From Magallana gigas (Eukaryota), in NCBI RefSeq assembly GCF_963853765.1, contig NC_088854.1, positions 16,306,001 through 16,370,000 of the forward strand: a stretch of DNA of 64,000 nt, read 5' to 3'. Both the position numbers and the translations under genes were made by a program. Under the pieces are notes generated by a model that saw only the letters and a program-made list of their open reading frames with translations, did no database searches and had not been told where the DNA came from. Of this stretch, positions 1 to 12,500 are shown piece after piece (the first letter of the stretch is position 1; each line of letters starts with the position of its first letter).

Positions 1-1065
1 AAAACTAATTCTAATGAAAGAAAAAGAACTAGTAAGTACAGACTTAGATCCTCAAGTTGTGAGCAGTTAGACTCTTACGATTTAAATTCAGCCATTACAG
101 AAGTGTCTCGGAGGCGTAGTGTGGATCAGTGTGGAGATAAGCCCTATGACCTTGCCAAACCACAGCCACCTTTCAAGAATCTTCACAATTACAGGGGAAG
201 CATGGAGATGATAAATGATGATAGGAGAGGATCCATGGATCATTATTACAATATTAATGGACTTAAAGGATCTGTTGATGCCAGCCCTAATCCTTCTGTG
301 GGGGAAGTGAGAAGGAGATTTAATGAAGGAGCTCGGGAGGACACTCTCACTAGATCAATATCCAATCCAAACTTCATGCAAATCAGCACAAAAGACAAGT
401 TTGGAGAAGTAAAAGCGTATCCCAGCAAGCTTGATAGTAAGCGTAAGAGCAAGTCCTTGTTAAACTTGTTCAGAAAATCCAAAGACGGGAAAGACAGGAG
501 AAGTTTAGGGAGTAGCAGTAACCCCAGTAGTCCTGTAGGGACTCTTACCAGACAGACTAGCATCCCAATGATAAGCATAGGAGGAAAAGAAGTCTACTTC
601 ACTGAGAGGTCCCGCTCATTTAGAAAACCCAAGAATAAAGGGACAGACAGTGCAGAAAACACCCCTCCTAGCAGCAGACACAACAGTTACAGTAAAGCAT
701 CTGCTGCGTCCAACAGAGAGTTGCCTCCATCAGGAAGCAGGCATAGCAGTGCCTCCAAATCACCAGCTATCCCTAGGAAAGATCTTCCTCCTTCTGGTGG
801 TCGTTACACAAAATCGCCTGCAGCAAACCGTAGAGACCTAGTGAATGCAATGTCCCCTCCTCTGCCAAAGCGAGAGAGGTCTTCCTCTTATGTTAATGTG
901 GCTCATTCTCGCTCTGGCAGTGATATTTCTAGTAACGCTGGCAGCAACAGCATCATCCATCACAGATCTGGGAGCGACCTAGGCAGCAGCAGTACAGGAA
1001 GTAGGCAGAGCTCAGAGATGAGGCACATGTCATCTAGCAGCAGCAAGGCAGAAACTGTCTGCTGA
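1..1065 (+). CDS. 3' coding end (probably the terminal exon, 5'-partial) of an unidentified Ser/Arg/Pro-rich, low-complexity protein ending ...SSSSKAETVC
   Basis: Frame 1 is open from base 1 (KTNSNERKRTSKYRLRSSSCEQLDSYDLNSAITEVSRRRS...) to TGA at 1063-1065, so the ORF is longer than the 103-1065 track call. It is GC-richer than the AT-rich flank that follows, which looks like a 3' UTR. No globular domain recognised. Confidence 0.75.
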   Translation, partial: KTNSNERKRTSKYRLRSSSCEQLDSYDLNSAITEVSRRRSVDQCGDKPYDLAKPQPPFKNLHNYRGSMEMINDDRRGSMDHYYNINGLKGSVDASPNPSVGEVRRRFNEGAREDTLTRSISNPNFMQISTKDKFGEVKAYPSKLDSKRKSKSLLNLFRKSKDGKDRRSLGSSSNPSSPVGTLTRQTSIPMISIGGKEVYFTERSRSFRKPKNKGTDSAENTPPSSRHNSYSKASAASNRELPPSGSRHSSASKSPAIPRKDLPPSGGRYTKSPAANRRDLVNAMSPPLPKRERSSSYVNVAHSRSGSDISSNAGSNSIIHHRSGSDLGSSSTGSRQSSEMRHMSSSSSKAETVC

Positions 1066-4000
1066 TTATAACCAATACAAATTAGCACAAAATGTGATTG
1101 ATTTATTAATTTTTCTTTATTGTTGTATTTTAGATTGCTCTATTACTCTTTTGAGTAAACCAAGTGAGAACTATGATCAAAATTTATCTTTTACTGGAAT
1201 TACTGTATATACATATGTGAAACCACTTTAAAAATTTGTTTTGTACAATACATGTATATTCTGGTTTAAAATGAAAAGTGTTTGTACAGATAAATGCTTG
1301 CCTAGTGTGGTATATACATGCATTCATATTGTATAAGATGCAATTGTTGTATATTTTTATTTCCCATGCAATGGGTTTAAATATGAAGATAATGAATCCA
1401 GTAGTTTGCTCTCGAGTCATCACTAGCTTCATGCATGTACCAATTGTGAAATCAAAATTTAGCCCAAAACATTGATTTAGAACAATATATTTTTGTTAAA
1501 TATATTATCATTTAGTATCAGTCATACTTTTACGATTGGATAGGCATTGTAGTTACAGCTCAAGTAAATAGTAATTAATGGAGTGTAGTATCACATATTC
1601 TCAGTTACAAAAAATATTCTTAATGTTGTGTTCAAATTGTTTTATTGGCATAATTCCACTGTTTTACATCAGAGTAATGTACACTTACATGTATATCCAC
1701 CCATCTACTTTAATGCTGGTTCTTACACCATTTTTTTTGTTTACTTAATCCAATGTGTCAAGTATATCTAGCTCTGTTATACATTGTGTATGTATATCTA
1801 ACTTTGTTGTCAGTATATATTTTTAGAATCAAACTTTTGATGTTGTGTTTATATACTTATGCTTATTGCATATATAGATGTTGTATATTTTATGGGTTTG
1901 TATATTTACCATCAGAGACCAACACTGTGTCACAAGGTTGAAAGGCATTACCATGGTTCTCTGTATTTTATTTTTCCCTATATGAAGTCTTTATGAACTT
2001 AGTTTTAAACTGTAGAATTCACATTGTAAACACACAGGGCGACTGATGTGCAATGAGCGTGATTGTCTGGCTTTTATAGTATACATGTAGAATAATCATT
2101 TGTTACCCTTTAAACCATGTTATAAAAGTTTACTAAGATGGAAGTGAATGGTATAACTGATTAAGGAACAGTATTTTGAAAAATGCATTCTAGGATGATT
2201 TGAGATTGTCACTTTTTGTATGTTTTCATTCTTGTTATCCCTAGGTTAGCTGCTAGAAGTCATTGTAGTAACACACCTAGCCCAGTGAACTGTTTTGATA
2301 CAGAGTTTATCCCTGTTTTAGTTGTTCTGTTTGGTGATAAAATGTTGTTTCATACAAGAATATTAACTTGTTCTATAAAGCACTGACCTGCTATTTGAGT
2401 AGATGCCTGTTTTGACAATACCTACTCTTCATTCCCACCATTTAATATATAGTTATGGGTACAAAAAGCATATGGTTAAATTGTATTGGCCCCTTTGGGT
2501 TTAAATCCATCATAATTTTTGGACACATAAATTTTTGGGACAATTTGTTTTTTATGGTCATTGTTAATGTTGTTCATTTTAATACTTGTTTAATAATGAA
2601 TGTTAATTATGACAGTGTATTTTAGTAATTAAGTTTGGGAAATGATATTTTATACATGTTCATGTCTATTTTTATAATTTTGTGTTTAGTTTGTAACCTA
2701 TGCAATGTTTTAAAACCAACCTTTACTTTATAAGGCCAGACCTGTTTACCATCACATTTTTGCTTTCTGATTTTCATGTCCCAAATTTCAAAATCAAAAG
2801 TTTATATCTGGTTTATTACGCAAGTATCAGATTCACAAAGTATGAAGTATATAATTAATATTGTCCGTCAAAAATATCACCAAAAAATAACCCTATTTTG
2901 TGTTTAAAAGGACGAATTGTTCAGAAATATTTTTTTGGCATAAAATGTGAAAAGTAAAATATCATTGTTTATTATAAAATCATACCATCTAACTGTTTTT
3001 TAAAAAGGTGAAAAAAAAAATGTGAAAGAGGGTAAAAAGGTCTTTAAAGAAATATTGTATGCAAACAATGATATTTTACTTTCGATTAATCGCATTGTAA
3101 GAGATTTAAACAGTTGTGAGGGAAGAGAAATAACTTGTAGCTTTGAATTGGACTATTTTCGATGAGATTGAAAATAATACTGGCACTAAGTTTCCCTGCA
3201 TACAATAACACAGTTTGGTTTACTGGTAGTTCAGGAAATTAAAGTGAAAACAGGTGTGAAATTTATATTTGAAAATTATGTATACTTGGTAAAATTGTTA
3301 TTCATTGTCCAGAATGCCTCATTGATGTTAAACTCACTTTAATTTTTGTTTACTGTTTACCATTAGGGCATATATACTTTATATACAAATTTACTGGAAA
3401 AGTTTGGTGCATTATGGAAAACAAATGGCAGGAAAATAATTTTTTGAAGTTATATTAACACTAATTTATTATATTAGTACAATTTAATAATTCATAATTA
3501 TTACATGTACTTATCTGAACAAAAATTCGCTATTTTTTGCATTGACATTTCTTTTATATATTATAAAAGAAATTTTAAATTAAATCTCTTAAAAACCATT
3601 CCCATGGGAACAATATATAATTTAGCAAGCAGTTGAACTTAACAAAGCTGTTTCACCAGTTATTGTCAAATTCCTTGTGATTGATGAAAAGTACCTTAAC
3701 AACAAAATCCATGCAAATGAAAAAAGGCAATACGGTCTGTTATTGCAAAGTGATATTTTAAATAGATATACATGTATGTATAGGTTATCTAATTATGCTC
3801 TTTGTTAATTTTAAAATGATTGTTGCTTTTAAATTGAAGTATTAAATTAAATATATCAACACTCGTTTTATTTGCAGAGTTTTTTTTTTTATTTTGTCCA
3901 TTATTGTATTTTTCGTGTTTACGAAAATCGAGCCGATTTAATATTAAGCATGTGCCAAAGTTTACTGTGCTTTAAACACAGTAAGCAGCCAAGGCAGTAC

Positions 4001-4248
4001 AGTTTTATGTTTTGTACATGTAATGCTTTTAAATTTTTTTTCTTATCAAACTCTGGTTTATATGCAAAAGCGGAAGAACTCGTTTTTGACATGACACTAA
4101 AAATGACTAAAAAAGGATTCGATATTTCTATTATCCTTTCAAACATATCCTAACTTGCTTTCGCAGTACTGCAGTAAGTTACCAAACCAGTACTGCATAT
4201 CAAATAAGAAAAGATTTAAATGAATGGTTAACACATTAAAACAAAACT

Positions 4249-5283
4249 TCAGATTCTGTTCGGCATAGCCAGAGTGTTGTTCTCGCTGGACCGGATGTAG
4301 CTGATGCTGGTAGTGGGAGATTCCATGTAGGAGGCATACAAGTACACCCTCTCCCGGACGGCGTCCTCGTGCACGCCTCTACACCAGCTCCCCCAGCTAG
4401 GCAGCAACAGCCTGGCGTTTATGCTGCATTCTTTGAATCTCCAGACGTACAGGAAAGGGTTTAGGATTCCATTCAGCAGAAACAGGACTTTCATTGACTT
4501 CATCGATGTTTCAAAAGTTTGGTATTTGGTTTCTAAATCGGGGTAAAAGTCTGAAATACTTGTGCAAATTATCCCAGGAACATAACACAACAGAAACACG
4601 ATAGTGATCAGGTGCATACGGACGACGGCGCGAACCTCGGCGGCAACGATATGGTGGTTTTCTTTGAGTAAGTATGTAATGGAAATTACGGATGGACTAT
4701 ACCGTTTTAGAATGCAATAAATGACAAAAAAGGACATCAGAATGATGCTGAAGCAGACGACAGACACACCAGCGTACATGAAGTGTGTTGAAATGCCGTC
4801 TGTCTGAGTACACTGACCATTGTACTGAACGTCAGCTGCCCTGGAAACTCCAAAAACAAGACCCAGGCTCCACGCGACTATTAAAACAATACTCGTGGTA
4901 AACAGGTCTATCATGGACTGGTACCTCATAACGAGGGTGAGAGACAGGCAACGATCCAAAGAAAGCAAAGTCATGAAAAATACCGAGACGATGACGGTCG
5001 TCCAGAATATGCTCTGTCTTATCCAGCAAAACATCTCTTTGTTGACGAAAATGTCCGTCAATGCCCGACAGTGAAGAAGGAAGCAGTCGGCTCCGAGGAT
5101 GGAATCGGACACAGTGCTGCTGAGCATGAGAAGCTTGATTTGAAGAGGCAGCCTTTTACACCTTTGGAGGATGATGAAGAGGAAGATGTTTTCGACGAGC
5201 GACAGGAAGCCAACGCCACTGAGTGTTTCGTCCATAAACTTCTCTGCTTTATCGCTGCTTACATTGTTTCTCTGGAGCATCAT
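4249..5283 (-). CDS. Intronless rhodopsin-like (class A) orphan GPCR, 344 aa
   Basis: Seven hydrophobic segments. TM1 EN (GFLSLVENIFLF), TM2 SD..LG, TM3 LSLDRC (DRY variant), TM4 W (IVAWSLG), TM6 FLLCYVP (CWxP variant), TM7 NGILNPFLY (NPxxY). Cys at top of TM3 and in ECL2. Confidence 0.9.
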   Translation of the reverse strand: MMLQRNNVSSDKAEKFMDETLSGVGFLSLVENIFLFIILQRCKRLPLQIKLLMLSSTVSDSILGADCFLLHCRALTDIFVNKEMFCWIRQSIFWTTVIVSVFFMTLLSLDRCLSLTLVMRYQSMIDLFTTSIVLIVAWSLGLVFGVSRAADVQYNGQCTQTDGISTHFMYAGVSVVCFSIILMSFFVIYCILKRYSPSVISITYLLKENHHIVAAEVRAVVRMHLITIVFLLCYVPGIICTSISDFYPDLETKYQTFETSMKSMKVLFLLNGILNPFLYVWRFKECSINARLLLPSWGSWCRGVHEDAVRERVYLYASYMESPTTSISYIRSSENNTLAMPNRI

Positions 5284-7255
5284 GCTTTAATATTTCTGAA
5301 AAATTATCTAAATTTTAATTGAGAATTTTTATTTTAAAACACTTATCCACAAAAATATTGAAGACAAAGACAATAAAATTATTTGTTCCAAGAACCTCGT
5401 TTGTCCGTCAGCATCAGTCGTTACATGTATATGTTTAACTTTGGATGGACTGCAGGTACCCTTTAACATCTGCACATGCATCAGCCTGCCATATATTAAA
5501 CTATATGTAAAGGGTGTCCCAGAATATCTTATACATTTATACTCTTTGAATAACTTTTGATTACATTTATTCAACAAAAAATCAAACGGTTTTTTAAAAA
5601 TGTGAATTTTCACTCAACAAATTTCACAAACATTCATAAGTTTTTGACAAATTGGGCGTTGTTTATGAAAGCATGACGAATTTAGAGAGAGTGCTCCAAA
5701 TGACATCCCTTTATATTTTGTGACATCATAATTTAGATAGAAACAACTTTTTTTTTACATCCACAATTTCTTTTATAAAAGAGAACCGATTGTGATTCAT
5801 GGCTCTTTAGAAATTAACAGGACAGAAATCTACACGATCCCATTTAACACTTTGATCTTCAAAATTATCAATTACAATAAATTTTCTTTTCGTTATGTTG
5901 GTTGACTCGAACCGGGTTCCTTTGCATTTGTGGACTGCCACCTGTTATCCTCTTCATAGGGAAAAATCAATGCTGAACGCTGAGAAGTATGAGAATCGTT
6001 TACATGAAAAATTGTCCCATGTGACGGAAAAGAGAGCTTGTTTAGCCAAAGTATTATAGTTGTTCTCTGAAACTTGCATGTCTATTGAGTTAAACTATGC
6101 AGGTGAATGTAGAGGCCCATGGACCTCTTGTAAAACAGATTTTGATGCATCGTTTTACAAAAAGAACGTACGACTTTTAAAATTAAGACCAATGAATTCT
6201 AAATTATTTCGTTTGATGCAATTATTCGGTTTTGTCGTAAGTTCTCTTGTAAGACGCACCGTTGTTATACCTTAAAGTAGACGTACCTTGTCATATTGTT
6301 TACAGGCATCATCGCTGGTTGGTTCCAAACTCAAATACTCAGTAGACTCACAAAAGCATTTATATCAAATTGTTAAACATGTCCATGCAGTTAAATTTTT
6401 ACGATGTTTAACCAACTCTTGCATACAGCATGGTCAATATTATTCATTATTAATGGCTTAACGTACCTTGAAGGCGTCGACGTCACTTTTCCTATAGTGG
6501 TGGTGACGTTTTTAAGGTGATTATGACGTCATATTGCGTTGATTCGTTTTTGCAAACAGCAACATTGAGATGTGTCCTTTCAAATGAAATCTTGCACGAA
6601 AGCGTGCGTTCTTAAACTGTACTTGGCCACGTTCAAAGATGCAAATACATATTCGATTTTAAAAGATAAAGGCGCCTTGGTCTGTATGTAAGGTAGAACG
6701 TATGTTGCAACGAACTTTGAAAAAAAAAATCAAATTGCGTTATTTTTTTTTTACCAATTCAACACACTAGGGAGAAATAAATATTTCAAATTGCGTTGAT
6801 AGGCTTAAATCGAAATGCTAAATACTTTCATAAACAATGAATCTAAATAACTTGATAAACAGTTTTTCTATTAAAGAGTTTACTCATAAGGCTCACATAG
6901 TCCAAAAACGATTTTTTGGGACAGGTCGGTCCTTAAGAATATTTAGGCACAAAAAAAACCACGCAGAAATATACCATTTTAATGCTGTCTAAGCCAACTT
7001 TGAAGATTAATAATAAAATTGCAAAAGCAATATGATAGGTTCAATTCAAAATGCATTAAAAAATTTAGATATATGTATGATAGAAAATAACAAAAAAACT
7101 TTTGATTTTCCAAAGTCATTTTTACCGGGAAATCCATCTCCCCTATAGGTCTTTGCAATAGATTCTTTAATGTACTTTGAAAAAAAATCATAGTGGGTTG
7201 GTTTGGTCCAAAATTCAAAGCAATTGAAAAAAAAAAATTTAAAATGCATATTATA

Positions 7256-7434
7256 CATATATTACATGGCTTCGAGGGCGACATACCAGAATATTTGCCC
7301 CGAGGTGACAGAAAAGCCCTGGAGTGTTATGTCGCCCGATGCCGAAGGCAGAGGGCGACATAACACTCCAGGGCTTTCCTGTCACCGAGGGACAAATATT
7401 CTGGCATTGTCGCCCGAGAAGACATGTAATATAT
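7256..7434. mobile_element. Palindromic (foldback) non-autonomous element end with a cCGAAGg apex
   Basis: About 85-bp inverted arms (attacatggcttcgagggcgaca...gtgttatgtcgccc / gggcgacataacac...gtcgcccgagaagacatgtaat) around gccgaaggc at 7341-7349. Confidence 0.7.
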
Positions 7435-9560
7435 GTTATATAACATTTTTAAACAAATCAAACTCGGGTTATCAACATATTATTTAATTCACAAGGCAGA
7501 GGAAAACATTTTAAAACACTAACGCTTGAGTTTATCACTTTGTCGTATTTGCCGAATTTTTTTCATCAATTAAACTATCGAGTTCATCTGAACTTAGATG
7601 AACAAATCGCAGACGATGGCCTGACATGTTTAAAATATGCTGATCTGTTTACCTTTGCTTAGCAACTGGTTCGTTGAATTTCGAACCCGACGTAATTAAT
7701 ATGTAGAATTCTTGCACGCGATGGTGATATTACAGTTTCGGGAGGGCAATATAACTATTTCCTGTGAAATATAACTGTTTCCGGGAGGGCAATATAACTG
7801 TTTCCGGTGTGATTCAGCAATGTGCAGGGCATAGTAATAAAATTATTTCATTTGTGACATAACGATAAAACTTATTCAAAAATGGTATATTATGTATTAT
7901 AACATTTTTACTTGTCTCATTCCCAAAATATATCTATTAAATTTTCAGAAAATTTGAATTAAAAGAGAATTTCGGCTTGCTGAGTACCACCTTAAACATG
8001 TATCTGTGTTTCTATCGATACAAACTAAAAGCATCCATAAACATCCAAAACTTAGCAATTCATTCAAAATTAGGAAGGATTCAATTATAAATGTATTTAT
8101 TTTTAAAATAATGCTCACACATGTACATGTATAGATACAAAACTTATATAGTACGACATGCATGAATACAGATAAGAGATATGTATGGTCGTGGTCCGCG
8201 ATATGTTAGGACACGTTACTCCTTATAAATACTGTTTGTCTGAAGTTCCTGAGATTAATGATGACACGGGTGAAAGTTGCAATGACTGTAAAATGGCAAA
8301 TTGGTCAGTCAAGATTGCCGTCTGCCAATATTCGTTTGAATGGACTCTCCACATAGGACAATAAATAGTACTTGTCCATAAATTCCGTTCGCGTCCGTCT
8401 TTTATTTTGACAGAATCCTGGAAGATTTCCCACCGGTATACCCAATTAATCGACATATTTATCTGAACTCTGTTAAAATCCAAATGTTTCCCGCTCAGCT
8501 GTTTACAGCAGACGGTATACTGGTGCAACTTGGGAGTAACAATTGTTGGCTGCTTCCGTCGTATGTGGGATTTATAAAAGAGACGTCTGCGAGACTGAAA
8601 TCACATTATTGTCAATGATCACGTAGCCATCTTAGACACATTTATCTAACAAATGTAATAAATTCTACGAAAAAAAATCATAAAGCGCTGCGGGACCCGA
8701 CTATAAAGATTTGATTAGATATGGCGGGATTTTCTAATCGAATTAACTTGTTTTTATATTGATAATTGAGAGTGAAGTGAAGTGATCATATAAATGGAAA
8801 AAAAATCAAGATCTGCTAATTAATATAGATTTATTTCCTAAGTCGTTATCCAGACAATGTTTTTTTTTTTTGCTTTTTTTTTTGTTTTTTTTTATGAAAT
8901 TCTATATTTGAAGAATAGTAACCATGAAAACAAACCTGGGTTGGCTTTCCGAATCAGGGTCCCTTCTTTTTTCTGTCTCTCCGTTTAAATTACTACGAAG
9001 AAGAAATATTTATTTATTTGAAACTTTGATATACATGTAATATCACCAAAGCATTTTGAGTGCATTTAACTTAAAGGCTCAAAATTTTGTCTAGAGGGCG
9101 CTAAATAGGAATTTGATAAAAGACTGAAACGGCCAATAAGTAAAACTGACTCTAGGTCTCCTCCTCTGCTTCACTTATTATCAAAGAAATGCAGCGTTTA
9201 ATCGTATAGGTAAGCATTCATTTTTATTAGATAATGCGGGGGTTGAGGGTGTCTTGTCCATTTCTTGCCATAAATTTCCGGCAAATTCCAAACTTCCCTG
9301 TTTTTTGCGGGTATTTTGAATAGAAAGGAGGTTATTGGTGTTTGGTTTTTTTTTTGTAGTTTCGGAAACATTTTACGTATTTCGTCTTTTAGAAACAGGT
9401 AGCAACATTTCATACCTTTCCTAGCATCTTCAGAAAGCCCAATTTATTAAATGAATACTCTAAAGACTTAAAAAAATTTAAGCATATTTTTGTGCAAGCT
9501 TTTATTCATTTGACAATAAAACGATAATTAATTACCGAATTTTCATTATAAATGCGAAAC

Positions 9561-12500
9561 TTACTTGTCTTGTTCATAAGCAGAACTGTCTTCGTCGTGA
9601 AACAGGTACACGGGCCCAATGTGTTCCTTTAGAGCTGATCGTCTATAGAAAGAACAAGAGTCGGTAATTCATTGAAGTTCGTAGCAAAGTACAAAAACTC
9701 TGTTCTAGACAAAAACACCATTACGTACCTAAAATACCGACAGGTTACCACTACTACCCCCAACAAAATGGTGATCACCAAAGCGAACGAAATGGCGAGG
9801 ATTGCGATGGCTAAGTGTAAATCCTTCTCTATCATATACATTTCCGGAAATTGTTCTGTCTGTAATGTAAAGTCTGAAAATACAGTAATTCGTACAATAA
9901 GTGTTACATGGTACATAAAGTACGACAATTTATAACAAACCTATTTTCACCGAACACCAGCATATACCAAAGTAACATTTAAAAAATTGTTGACTCCGTA
10001 TAATGCCTCTAGAGGTTCGGTATATGCAGGTGTTAATGTACATGTATATATTTACTAACCACACAACAGTTATATATAAAGCAAATCAGAAACTGTGACG
10101 TACTTGGGCTCCGTCTAGGTGTCTCCGGCGTTGGCTGAAGGTGATAGTCTATGTAATGTATTTGTTTATTATTGATTTCACTGTATGAATGATTCTCCTC
10201 TCCTTCAGTTCCTATGAATTCCAACATGGAAGTGGTATTAAACAAATCAAAGTTTTCAGTAGATGTAGAATCGTTCTGAAGGCTAGACAAATTACTGGTG
10301 ATTTTGTCGTAAATAAATGTATAGAAGGCATGAAAACCAGACTTTTCAACCCTGTTGTCTGAGGAAAAATGCACAAAAAGAGTATTTCCAGTAGAATTGT
10401 ATGAAAATCGTTCATATTTCCCACATATGTACGTGGACGAATTCTCATATTGTTCCTGTATTTGGATAAAGTCGTAAGAAGAGTGACATGGTCTTTTGAT
10501 ATCTTCCTCCAGATCCACTTCGACAAACGTCAGAATTATCCGGACTCCAGGAGGTGCGGCTATGACCCACGTACAGTTTTGTGATGGACTATATTTTGAC
10601 GGCCATCCAGGGGATGACATCTCGCCATACAGATCGGAAAAATGTCCACCACAGGCCCAATCTGTTAATAAAAGGTCTTCTGTTAGCACCATTATAGTTA
10701 TTAGTATATTCATATCAAGAAATTAAACATTATACATATATTAACGCGCTTTGAAACATGTCATCTTCGGTCGTTTTTGTAGATATGAATTTTGAGGGTA
10801 ATGAAGATAAATTGTAAGTATAAACCGCCAATGCAATTTCCCTTCAATTCATACCTGTACATCTATAAACGAATTGTTTTTTAATAAATAAAACGCGTGT
10901 ACTCTAGAGGTTGTCTCGTTACACAAAAAGAACTGCATATTCTTCCATATTCGGAAGTTGAAAGTTCGAATTCAATATTTATTCACTCACAATACATAAA
11001 GACACAAATGGAACAATTATATAACCAATAAACATGGTAACGCATTTTATTGTTGAAATAATTTTTTTTAATAAATAAGTGAATATGATTACTAAATATG
11101 TGCTATTCGTGCTGTTAAAAGTTAAACTAATATTTGCAATTGTATATGTTTTATTGGCGTAGCAGCAAATAAGATCACATAAAAATAGAATTGTAAAAAT
11201 TGAAATTACTAGACATTTAGTAATACAAATACCTGTTTTGTATCGCAACCTAAATCCAGGTGCGTCTCCAGCGCTATTGGTCAAAAACCTTAATGTAATG
11301 ATGTTCGATCGGCTAGTGAATTCTCGAGTATTACTCTTCAGGCACGTTCTTCGGTTGTCTTTGTCCACGATTACAAGTCTGTCAGAACCGGTGGTACACT
11401 CTTGGCCAGCTTCTCCAAAAAGCAACAGATGTGTGAAATGTATTTTGATAATCTGTAAATTAATTAATATAGATAAAAATAAATCATTTTTTTAAATCAA
11501 GTTTAAATCTTATTTCATGACATACACCTATCAACTCTATAAATGTATTGATAGTTCATAAAAACTATTTCAAAACAAAACTTGTACCTTGAACTTTGGA
11601 ACAGTAATGGTCCACGAACAATTAAGGTTATGTCCGTAATTTCTTGGCCAATTAGGTGATGCCAAGTCCCCAGACTCCAATTCCAATAGTCCTCCACAAT
11701 CTTTAATCAAAATGAATACGTAATTGGTACATATATTAAATTCAAAAAGGTGTAAAAGTACTTGGGTTCATTTGTAATCAATATTCTTACCTAGATGAGG
11801 TTTCATTTCAAAATGATGAACTTGAGATGTGCCCTGAGATAGTAATCCTCCAACGTCACTTCCTGTTTTGGTGCTCAGTAAACAAGTACCTTCACTAACC
11901 TATTTCAAAATTGTCAAAATAAGAACATAGTTATTTTTTGCTTGCTTTTCTATAGAATTATATGTTCAATACATGTATGAAAATCGCTTATCGTTATCAC
12001 AAAGTACAATTTTTTAGTACATCTAATGTTAGTTTTGTTTAATTAACCTGATAATCAAAAGACCGGCAAATAAATTCGGTTTCCTCCAAACATTTCCGTG
12101 CGCATGCACTCGGTGTTACTGCAACAATGGTTTTGTCATTGTGTCCAAGAACTGCAGAGTATGGAGTGGGATAGAAACTCCTCAGATATCTATCTGAAAT
12201 GAATTGAAAGACATGAAGAAAAGTGTTGCAAACAAACGTTTACTATACAAAAACCGTGATAAATCATACGAAGTACATGTATTCCTAGCTGCTTGTTATT
12301 TTATCTATTAATTAATACGTTTGTTCATCCGGTTATTTTGTTTTGTTTTTTGTTTGTTTGATTATTTGTGGGTTTTTTTCGGTTTTTCTATTTTTTTTGG
12401 GGGGGGGGGGGGGGAGGGTATTTTTTTCTATGAAATTTTATTCAAAGAATGAAAAACTAGAGACGATTACAGTTGCTGATTAAATTTTAGAGGCGCATTT

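Noticed and set aside
8223-8528. ORF considered as a further 3' exon of the PAN-CUB gene
   Set aside because: The exon at 9642 already ends in frame at TAA 9563-9561 with a nearby AATAAA. Splicing onward gives an almost immediate stop, and there is no recognisable homology.
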